NCBI GenBank assembly: GCA_958295815.1
Contig: OY282374.1
Span: forward strand, 3,684,682-3,748,681
Direction: 5' to 3'
Length of the DNA stretch: 64,000 nucleotides
Source of the DNA: Candidatus Poribacteria bacterium
GTDB taxonomy: Bacteria; Poribacteria; WGA-4E; WGA-3G
The notes under the pieces are model-generated. The model saw only the letters and a list, made by a program, of their open reading frames with translations, did no database searches and had not been told where the DNA came from. Positions 17,284 to 25,187 of this stretch are shown here, one piece after another. Numbering within the stretch: the stretch's first letter is position 1; every line of letters starts with the position of its first letter. Both the position numbers and the translations under genes were made by a program.

Positions 17284-18612
17284 ATGATACTCGAAAAATT
17301 ATTTGAGTTAAAAAAGACTGGCACCTCGGTGAGACGTGAACTGGTCGCAGGTTTTACGAACTTTATGACAATTTCATATATAATCTTCGTTCAGCCTGCC
17401 TTGCTCTCAATAGCCGGTATGGATTCTGGTGCTGTCATGGTTGCGACCTGTGTATCCAGTGCAATCGCAACGTTTTTTATGGCGTTTCTAACCAATTATC
17501 CGGTCGTGTTAGCACCTGGTATGGGACTTAACGCCTATTTTGTTTTCGATGTTTGTCAAGGTGCTGGCTTACCATGGCAGCAGGCATTGGGCATCGTTTT
17601 CATATCAGGCATGTTATTCTTCATACTTTCATTCGTCGGAATCCGTGAAGCCGTCATGAATGCCATCCCACACTCACTCCAGAATGCTATCGCTATCGGG
17701 ATTGGCCTCTTTATTGCCTTTATCGGTCTGCAGATGAGCGGAGTAATTATAAGTCATCCGGCGACATACATAACCCGCGGGGATCTCTTATCAACCCCTG
17801 TTTTACTCTCTCTATTCGGTATTGCTGTAACTCTCGCACTCATGGCGCGCAAAGTCAAAGGCGCAATTCTAATTGGTATCCTTGTTGCAGCTGTCGCCAA
17901 CCTCGTCTTTGGGATTGCCAAATACGAGGGCATCGCCGCACCGCCGCCTTCTATCTCACCAACGCTCTTCAAACTGGAAATTCCGAATATCTTCGCCAAA
18001 CTGGAACTGATTTCTGTAATCTTCGTCTTCTTTTCCATTGACATGTTCGATAGCATTGGCACGCTTACGGCTATCGGTTACAGAGCGGAGTTGCTTGAAG
18101 AAGGGAAACTCGCAAAAGCAAGGAGAGCACTTATTACAGATGCTGGGGGCACTGTTGGTGGTGCTTTGCTCGGTACCTCAACCGTTACATGTTACATTGA
18201 AAGCGCGACCGGGATTACTGTTGGTGGCAGGACGGGACTTACCGCTGTCTTCACGGGAATTTTTATGTTGCTATCCCTCGTCTTCTATCCACTCGTTAAA
18301 ATAGTTGGGGGTGGTTATGCGATTAGCCAAACCACCACACTTTACCCGATTATCGCCCCCGCACTCATCGTCGTCGGCGGATTGATGCTCAGAAATCTCA
18401 GCCAGATTGACTGGGAAGACCTCACAGAATCCGTCCCTGCGTTTCTGACAATGATAATGATGCCACTCTCCTTCAGCATAACAGACGGCATTGGCTTCGG
18501 ACTTATCTCCTTAGCATTTCTCAAGTTAGTAACTGGACGTGGAAAAGAAGTAAATCCGATCGTCTACTACTTTGCCCTTTTCTTCATCGCCTGCTACATC
18601 GGAGACCTATAG
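17284..18612 (+). CDS. NCS2-family purine permease, AzgA/PbuG-like (adenine/guanine/hypoxanthine)
   Basis: 'MILEKLFELKKTGTSVRRELVAGFTNFMTISYIIFVQPALLS' is the typical AzgA N-terminus. There are ~12 TM segments, and an SD 'aaggaggg' precedes the ATG at 17284. Confidence 0.85.
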   Translation: MILEKLFELKKTGTSVRRELVAGFTNFMTISYIIFVQPALLSIAGMDSGAVMVATCVSSAIATFFMAFLTNYPVVLAPGMGLNAYFVFDVCQGAGLPWQQALGIVFISGMLFFILSFVGIREAVMNAIPHSLQNAIAIGIGLFIAFIGLQMSGVIISHPATYITRGDLLSTPVLLSLFGIAVTLALMARKVKGAILIGILVAAVANLVFGIAKYEGIAAPPPSISPTLFKLEIPNIFAKLELISVIFVFFSIDMFDSIGTLTAIGYRAELLEEGKLAKARRALITDAGGTVGGALLGTSTVTCYIESATGITVGGRTGLTAVFTGIFMLLSLVFYPLVKIVGGGYAISQTTTLYPIIAPALIVVGGLMLRNLSQIDWEDLTESVPAFLTMIMMPLSFSITDGIGFGLISLAFLKLVTGRGKEVNPIVYYFALFFIACYIGDL

Positions 18613-18636
18613 AGAAGACGACCCCCAAATAGAAAA

Positions 18637-18658
18637 GGTGCGGTTCCCCAACCGCACC
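18637..18658. terminator. Perfect hairpin ggtgcggtt-cccc-aaccgcacc, 25 nt after the permease stop
   Basis: A 9-bp inverted repeat seen directly in the sequence. It has the GGTT…AACC architecture shared with the other hairpins in the window. There is no strong U-tract, so it may not be an intrinsic terminator. Confidence 0.45.
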
Positions 18659-18674
18659 ATATCTCATAAATCGT

Positions 18675-18938
18675 GGGAGGGGTTTCTAACCCCGATGTGC
18701 TTCTGAAAGCTTACTATCTCCGCTGAGAAGTTTTCCAATCTCGTCAATCATAAGGTCTATAGGTAATCATAGGCTTTACTATAATTATCCACAGAAGTGA
18801 TTTCCGAACTGTATCGATCCATAGCCCCAGCGGGGCGATATGTGTATAGCAGCATAGATTCTTCCGCTGATCCAGCCCCAGCGGGGCGGCATGTGTATAA
18901 CGTACTAACTGCTCTTTGTAGGAGGGGTTTGTAACCCC
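18675..18938. repeat. Cluster of short intergenic repeats: a hairpin (gggaggggtttctaaccccg), 2 copies of a ~30-bp unit 'agccccagcggggcg[at/gc]atgtgtata', and a copy of the 'ctgctctttgtaggaggggtttgtaaccccgac' element
   Basis: The ~30-bp copies lie at 18823-18852 and 18875-18903. The element at 18905-18938 recurs at 52355-52391. Confidence 0.8.
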
Positions 18939-18981
18939 GACGCTTTACAAGTGTTCATGTAATTAGACTTTATCAAGAACT

Positions 18982-19335
18982 ATGGAAACCACTAATTTGA
19001 AACAACGCTTGGCACAAGGCGAAAATACCGACACTGAATTCAAAGAGAACTTCGATCAGGAGGCTATTGAGACCAAAATCATCTTTGACTCACCGATTCA
19101 AGAGACAACTTTTGTTGAAATTGATGACATTTCAGAGCAGTTAAACGGACGTCAAAAGAACGCTTTTTCCTATGCACAAAGACGTGGAGAAATCTCGAAA
19201 AGAGAATATATGGAAATCAATCATGTGTCACATCGGATTGCCTACACCTAATTAAGGGATATGACGGATAAAGGGTTATTGTCTATGGTAGGGAAGGGGA
19301 GGTCAACTAAGTACGTACGAAAAATAACTGATTAG
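18982..19335 (+). pseudogene. Remnant of an AlbA_2 / HATPase_c_4-type (Schlafen-like, 'RecG-like helicase-domain') transcriptional regulator: first ~25 aa of the AlbA_2 domain joined to the C-terminal wHTH, with an in-frame TAA
   Basis: The N-terminus 'LKQRLAQGENTDTEFKENF' matches the 'GE.etlEFK' start of divergent-AAA/AlbA_2 domains. The C-terminus 'ISKREYMEINHVSHRIAYT*LRDMTDKGLLSMVGKGRSTKYV' matches the conserved wHTH (…TNKEY.ELTGVS.RTA.RDL..LVEKGLL.RVGKGRST.Y). The stop at 19252-19254 is in the same frame. The central ~350 aa are missing. Confidence 0.6.
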
Positions 19336-19470
19336 GTAACTGATTAATTGGGCGATTACGCACCGAATGTATCTGTAATCCACAGTGAAGCGTTATGTCT
19401 GTAATCGGAAGGAAGCAAGGTTGATTAATTAAGCGATTGGTAAACAATTCTCGTAAGGAGTTTGTCCTAC

Positions 19471-20775
19471 ATGCCAGATAAAAACATCTCAGGCATCACC
19501 AAGATAGCTGTAAAAGGCTTCAAGTCCATAGCGGAGGAGCGTGAAATCGACATCCGTCCACTGACGATCCTTGCCGGTGCGAACAGTTCCGGGAAATCCA
19601 GTATCATGCAACCGCTATTGATGTTAAAACAGACGTTGGAGGCACCCTACGATCCAGGACCGCTATTAATTGATGGACCGAACGTTCGGTTTACTTCGAT
19701 AACCCAATTTTTGTCCATGTTACCTGACAAAAAGGAAATAGACTGTTTTCAGGTTCGGATTGAAATTCATGTGCCTGATTCTTATCGCTCGGTTACCACG
19801 ACTTTCAGAAAAGGTATAAATCGGATTGAACTTATCGAAATGACAGCAAAAGAGAGGGTAAGAAACAACCATACTTTATCTCCGGAATGTTTGACCTTGT
19901 ATCCTGAGATGGAATCTGAAGAAATTAAATCAGCAATTGAAGGACTCTCAATTCCCAAAAATCTTGAGACAGTAAAGCGTTTCCGATGTTTTTTAGTTCT
20001 TGGATTCAAAGATGGTTATACGATTTTCACCGTTACCCCTGATTTTGAGTCCAATATTCTTAACAGCATCCATCTCCCCGGTTTACGCGGAAACCCAGAA
20101 CGCATATACAAACTCACTAGCACTGGACCACTGTATCCGGGTACGTTTGAAAACTATGTTGCGAGTATCGTCCACGAGTGGCAGGAGACGAAAGACGGAC
20201 GCCTAAAAATGGTAGGCGATGCCCTTCACACGCTTGGACTGACAGGACAGGTCCGCGCTAACAAAATCAATGATGCCAATATTGAACTTCAAGTTGGTCG
20301 CCTCCCTCACGACAGAACCAACGACATGGATATGGTCAATATCGCTGATGTAGGTTTTGGTGTATCCCAAGTCCTTCCTGTTTTGGTTGCTGTGATTGTC
20401 GCAGAGCCGGGGCAGCTGGTCTATCTTGAACAACCCGAACTGCACCTCCATCCGCGCGCGCAAGTCGCATTAGCACGAGTCCTTGCAGACGCTGCAAAAC
20501 GAGGGGTGCGTGTTGTCACTGAAACACACAGTTCATTACTGCTTTTGGGGATTCAAACGCTTGTTGCCGAAGGAGACCTCACCCCAGAGTTAGTGAAACT
20601 CCACTGGTTCACACGACGTGAAAATGGTGTAACTGAAGTTACCAGTGCTAATTTAGACGAGGCAGGAACTTACGGGGATTGGCCCGAAGATTTTGCAGAT
20701 GTCAGTCTCAATGAACAAAGTCGTTATCTTGATGCCGTTGATAACGTAAAGTTTGGTAACACGGAGGCTTCGTGA
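19471..20775 (+). CDS. Soluble ABC-type ATPase of the AAA_21/DUF3696-like class (no transmembrane domain)
   Basis: Walker A 'LTILAGANSSGKSS', a degenerate signature 'VGFGVSQVLP', Walker B 'QLVYLEQPELHLHP', and H-loop 'VVTETHSSLLL'. An SD 'aaggag' lies 10 nt upstream of the ATG at 19471. It is translationally coupled to the next gene (GTGA overlap). Confidence 0.8.
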   Translation: MPDKNISGITKIAVKGFKSIAEEREIDIRPLTILAGANSSGKSSIMQPLLMLKQTLEAPYDPGPLLIDGPNVRFTSITQFLSMLPDKKEIDCFQVRIEIHVPDSYRSVTTTFRKGINRIELIEMTAKERVRNNHTLSPECLTLYPEMESEEIKSAIEGLSIPKNLETVKRFRCFLVLGFKDGYTIFTVTPDFESNILNSIHLPGLRGNPERIYKLTSTGPLYPGTFENYVASIVHEWQETKDGRLKMVGDALHTLGLTGQVRANKINDANIELQVGRLPHDRTNDMDMVNIADVGFGVSQVLPVLVAVIVAEPGQLVYLEQPELHLHPRAQVALARVLADAAKRGVRVVTETHSSLLLLGIQTLVAEGDLTPELVKLHWFTRRENGVTEVTSANLDEAGTYGDWPEDFADVSLNEQSRYLDAVDNVKFGNTEAS

Positions 20776-21305
20776 GAGATAGAAATTCAAAACGATTGGT
20801 GATTGACACTGATGTTGTCCAATCGTCAGGTGATGAAGAAGCAACCGATCCACGAGCCGTTCATTGTCGTGATTTCCTAAAGGAAGTGAGGTCTCAGAAT
20901 CATAGGGTGGTAATGACAAGAAAAATCAGTGATGAATGGAAAAGACATCAATCTCGCTTTTCCCTTGAATGGAGAGTGTCGATGGATGCTCGCAGAAGAG
21001 TGGATCGCGTTGATCCACCGGAAAATGAAAAACTGCGAGACAAGATCGTTGATACAACAAGCAATCAAGATGAGATCGCGGCACTGCAAAAAGATTTTCA
21101 TCTTCTCCAAGCTGCATTGGCAACCGATCAGACGATCATTTCGCTTGATGAAATCATCCGAAAACTTTTTGCACGTGTTTCCCAACAGGTTGGAGAAATT
21201 AGGCATGTTATCTGGGTGAATCCTGATCGAACTACAGAAGAGCAACCGATCACTTGGCTCCAAAGCGGCGCACCGCCTGAAACACACCGCCAACTTTCTG
21301 CTTAA
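20772..21305 (+). CDS. Small PIN-like (possibly TOPRIM-like) putative nuclease partner of the ATPase
   Basis: The GTG start overlaps the upstream TGA. 'KRLVIDTDVVQS' resembles PIN motif I (hhhDTshhh), and 'LQAALATDQTIISLDEIIRKLF' resembles the PIN C-terminal 'A.A…LhTxD..f' motif. There are no HNH or Cys motifs. Confidence 0.5.
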   Translation: MRDRNSKRLVIDTDVVQSSGDEEATDPRAVHCRDFLKEVRSQNHRVVMTRKISDEWKRHQSRFSLEWRVSMDARRRVDRVDPPENEKLRDKIVDTTSNQDEIAALQKDFHLLQAALATDQTIISLDEIIRKLFARVSQQVGEIRHVIWVNPDRTTEEQPITWLQSGAPPETHRQLSA

Positions 21306-21484
21306 TCTTATATTCATTGGATTCTATATAACTGCCACTCCAATGGAACTAAAGAACCTCAATTGAATAAGACTCTTAAAATCCGCGTCATCTGTGTAAT
21401 CCGCGTCATCCGCAATTCAGACAATTAACACTGTGTCTGACTGGCCAACGAAGTTAAACCTCTTACCGCCGACCGTCGACTGCT

Positions 21485-21531
21485 ATAATCCTGCAAATCC
21501 TTGAATCCTGTAAATCCGCAATTCAGACAAT
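21485..21531. repeat. ~46-bp repeat 'ataatcctgcaaatcctt[g/t]aatcctgtaaatcc…ttcagacaat'. Second copy at 22645-22690; related 'tccgcaattcagacaat' at 21412-21428
   Basis: The direct repeat is ~90% identical. The two copies flank the 21531-22403 gene, and the second copy lies ~110 bp upstream of the 22801 gene. Confidence 0.75.
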
Positions 21532-22403
21532 CATCCCTGCCAACCCAAATTAATACTCGTATATCCGTCCGTATATTGATGCAAATGTTGCGGCAAATCC
21601 GCTAAGAACTGCCTACCCTCTTCTGGAATCTCCCACGGAATATCAATATGATGCTCCCGGCTCCTAAAACCGACAGCACACGACAACCGGATCTCATCAG
21701 CCTGATTTGGGAATGCACCATGATACGTTCTGTGTGCGAACACAATCATATCCCCAGGATTTGTGAACAGCGGCACTAACCCCGGAATATCAAACCCTAC
21801 ATAACCCTTTTCTTCTTCGCCCTCTTTGTAAAAAGAGCGTTTGTCCGCCGTCAGGTTGAAACCTTCCGGTCCCTCCCAGTTTTCCACATGCGAACCTTCA
21901 ATCACACAGAGTCCGCCATGTTCAGGACGCGAACCCGTCAAGTAGAACCATTTACCTGAAGGCCAAAGACCACGGTTCAGTACATCGCCTGAGTTCTTAG
22001 GTGTATCTGTTGAAAACCCGCACCAGTCGGTATGCCAAGCAACCGGTTGAGAGCCAGGCATCCGAATGATAGCAGCAGACCGATGGAGGGTCAAATCCTC
22101 TGCCCCAATCAGATGGTGGTGTGTTTTCATAAAGGGTTCGTATTCCAGAAGCTGCCAAGCACCCGGTCCAGACTCAATCCAAGCATGTCGAGTCTGGCTC
22201 TGCCCAGGCTTTAATTCCCTTTTCGGATCAGTGCCATCAAAAACCGCCTGTTTTGAAACTTCGACTAACTCAGGAGGCAAAACATCTTTGATAATCGCGA
22301 AGCCGTGTGCCTCCAGACATTCCGACATGAGAGAGAGCTGATCAATCCCAAACTCGTAAGTATAGCCAAGTTCAGGTTTCTGAATCTCCAAATATTCTTT
22401 CAT
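21531..22403 (-). CDS. Phytanoyl-CoA dioxygenase (PhyH) family 2OG-Fe(II) oxygenase
   Basis: 'AWHTDW…' His/Asp facial-triad context, '…IVFAHRTYHGAFPN…', and PhyH-like length. Confidence 0.75.
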   Translation of the reverse strand: MKEYLEIQKPELGYTYEFGIDQLSLMSECLEAHGFAIIKDVLPPELVEVSKQAVFDGTDPKRELKPGQSQTRHAWIESGPGAWQLLEYEPFMKTHHHLIGAEDLTLHRSAAIIRMPGSQPVAWHTDWCGFSTDTPKNSGDVLNRGLWPSGKWFYLTGSRPEHGGLCVIEGSHVENWEGPEGFNLTADKRSFYKEGEEEKGYVGFDIPGLVPLFTNPGDMIVFAHRTYHGAFPNQADEIRLSCAVGFRSREHHIDIPWEIPEEGRQFLADLPQHLHQYTDGYTSINLGWQG

Positions 22404-22800
22404 AAGTCAGTCCCCAAATTCTTCGTCCCTTGGTAGGCGAGGTTTCCTAACCTCGCTGGTTTCGCACTGTATCAGAAAATGTAAAATCCACTATAGCTGT
22501 TTACTCTGAACCCAGAGTGATATAATTTTAGCAGTTAGTCACCATTGGGTCAACGACATTTTTCGGAAGGATTCAATGCCGTCAATGAAGTTGAAAAAAT
22601 ATTCGCTACTTTTATAAAGGACAAGTATCAATCAAAAACAGACCATAATCCTGCAAATCCTTTAATCCTGTAAATCCTGGTTCAGACAATATCTTGTCAA
22701 ACTTATCTATCAATAGCTGTCGAGAATCCGTTATACTCTTGCACTAATTACCAATTTTTGTTAAAATATCACGACTATAGCACAATTCGGAGGAAAATAA

Positions 22801-23702
22801 TGGCACAAACCGTCTTGTTAGGAGAACACGAACTCACCTTCCCCGGTCCACACCTCGGTGTACTTCGGGACTGCAACGCCGTACTTGATTCAGCTGAAGG
22901 TTTACACCAACAGATAGCGGAGGACGGGTACCTCCTCGTTCGCGGGTTAATAGATAGAGAAAAGGTAATCGCGGGACGCCGAGCGATCCTTGAATATGCC
23001 GATGGAGAGGGAAGAGACGACGTTTTCAAGCCCGGTACCGATATCATGGACGCATTCGCCGGTGACGGAAGACCTGGACGGACAATGGGAACACCCGCAG
23101 TTACGCATCATCCGGATGTCCAGTCAGTTTTGGAGGGCGATGAACTTTTCAAATTCTTCCGAACCTTTTTCAGTGGCGATACCCGAACCTTCGATTACAA
23201 ATGGCTTCGGTTTATCCGACCCACCGTCTGGTCGGGACCCCATTTCGATTTCGTCTATATGGGACGCGGATCAGAGCAACTGCATACCTGTTGGATCCCG
23301 TTCGGTGATGTGCCAGCAACAATGGGAACACTGACGGTGCTGGTCGGTTCGCACAACCTCCCAAATTTCGCACCGATTCGGGACACCTACGGCAAAACAG
23401 ATGTAGACAGGGACGGCACACCTGGACATTTCGGAAACGATCCCATGGAGATTAGCGATAAATATGGGGGTGAGTGGAAAACTGCCGATTTCCAGATGGG
23501 GGATGTCATTGTCTTCACAATGCACACGATGCACACCTCTACAAAAAATCTTTCCGATCGGTGGCGTATCAGTTGTGACATCCGGTTCCAACCCGCAGCA
23601 GACCCAATTGACGAACGATGGGTCGGCAAAAACCCAATTTCTCACACAGGCAGCCAAAAAATTTCATTTGAGGAAGCAAAAGAGCAGTGGGGACTGGAAT
23701 AG
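22801..23702 (+). CDS. Phytanoyl-CoA dioxygenase (PhyH) family protein / ectoine-hydroxylase-like
   Basis: An SD 'ggagg' precedes the ATG at 22801. 'HFDFVYMGRG…' and 'VFTMHTMHTS…ISCDIRF' are PhyH-family motifs. Confidence 0.7.
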
Positions 23703-23955
23703 AGATGCTCAAATCCTTCCGATTACTGTGCCGTTAGGATATTGCACCCTAAGTGTCACTTTAGATCATATGGAATCAACCCGAATGTCCGTCCAACATT
23801 CATTGGGGTTGAATCCAGCGAAATCGTACTTCACTGGAAGCATCTTGAGTCCCAGCGGGTTTATTTGCTTGGGTATTTCTTCAATAGGTGTATAGAAATA
23901 CCGGTTCAGAGGGACACCGAGCCCCAGCGGGGCGACAGGTGTTGTATAAATAGTT

Positions 23956-25131
23956 TTAACCGAATAATGCCCGCCGAATCTGACGGACCGCTTGACGAAT
24001 CCGATCCTCGTTCTCCACAAGCGCAATTCGGATATATCCTTCACCGTTGTGCCCAAATCCAGCACCTGGAGATACACAGACTTCCGCCTCGTTAAGGAGT
24101 TTCATAGCAAAGTCCATAGAGGAGAGATGCTGCCACGCTTCAGGGATTGGTGCCCAGACGAACATAGAAGCCTGTGGTTTCGGCACCTTCCATCCAATCC
24201 GATTTAACCCTTCAACCAGAACATTACGACGTTTTTGATAAACCGCAGCGTTCTCCATCACTGTGTCTAATGGTGTGCGTAGTGCCATAATCGCTGCGAC
24301 CTGAATTGGTGCAAAAATCCCGTAATCGTAATACCCTTTAATCCGAGCAAGTGCTTCAATAATCTCACGATTCCCCGCTGCAAACCCACACCGCCATCCC
24401 GCCATATTATAGGATTTAGACAGAGAGATAAATTCGATGCCAATATCCTTCGCACCTTTTGCCTGTAGAAAACTCGGTGCCTTGTAGCCATCAAAAACGA
24501 TGTCCGCATAAGCCAAATCATGGATCACCACGATCTCCTGTCGTTTCGCAAACGCCACGATCTCCTCGAAGAAGCCAAGGTCAACGACAGCACCCGTTGG
24601 ATTGTGTGGGAAACTTAGAATTAGCACCTTTGGTCTCGGCCAAATATCACGTGTGATTTCAGTCAGTGAAGGGATGAAATCGTTCTCTTCTGTAAGCGGT
24701 ATACTCACAACGCTTCCACCGGCAAGCACAATGCTGTACATATGGATTGGGAATGTCGGATTCGGCACCATTGCCAAATCACCGTTATCAATTAAGGCTA
24801 ACGCCAGATGTCCCAGCCCCTCTTTAGTGCCAATAACAGAAATGGCTTCTTCATCCGGGTCGATATGAACGTCGAACCGGCGCTCATAGTGCCAACTGAC
24901 TTCCCTACGGAGGTTATAAATGCCGCGCGAAGCGGAATAACGGTGATTCCGAAGTTCTTGTGCCGCTTCACTCAACTTATCAATGATAGGTTGTGGGGTT
25001 GGTTGATTCGGATTCCCCATCCCCAAATCGATAATATCTATCCCCAATTGCCGGCGTTCGTGTGTTAATTGTTTGAGTTTGCCGAACATATACGGCGGAA
25101 GTCGATTTAAGCGTTTTGAAAAGATATTCAT
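23956..25131 (-). CDS. PLP-dependent class I aminotransferase (alanine/aspartate aminotransferase-like)
   Basis: 'SLSKSYNMAGWRCGF' carries the PLP-binding Lys motif. 'GMGNPNQPTP' and the length are typical of AlaA/AspC-type enzymes. Confidence 0.85.
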   Translation of the reverse strand: MNIFSKRLNRLPPYMFGKLKQLTHERRQLGIDIIDLGMGNPNQPTPQPIIDKLSEAAQELRNHRYSASRGIYNLRREVSWHYERRFDVHIDPDEEAISVIGTKEGLGHLALALIDNGDLAMVPNPTFPIHMYSIVLAGGSVVSIPLTEENDFIPSLTEITRDIWPRPKVLILSFPHNPTGAVVDLGFFEEIVAFAKRQEIVVIHDLAYADIVFDGYKAPSFLQAKGAKDIGIEFISLSKSYNMAGWRCGFAAGNREIIEALARIKGYYDYGIFAPIQVAAIMALRTPLDTVMENAAVYQKRRNVLVEGLNRIGWKVPKPQASMFVWAPIPEAWQHLSSMDFAMKLLNEAEVCVSPGAGFGHNGEGYIRIALVENEDRIRQAVRQIRRALFG

Positions 25132-25187
25132 TTTTCCGAAGTCCTGAGTTTTTTAAATTGAATCTATATTAATTTGTTTTCTATATC

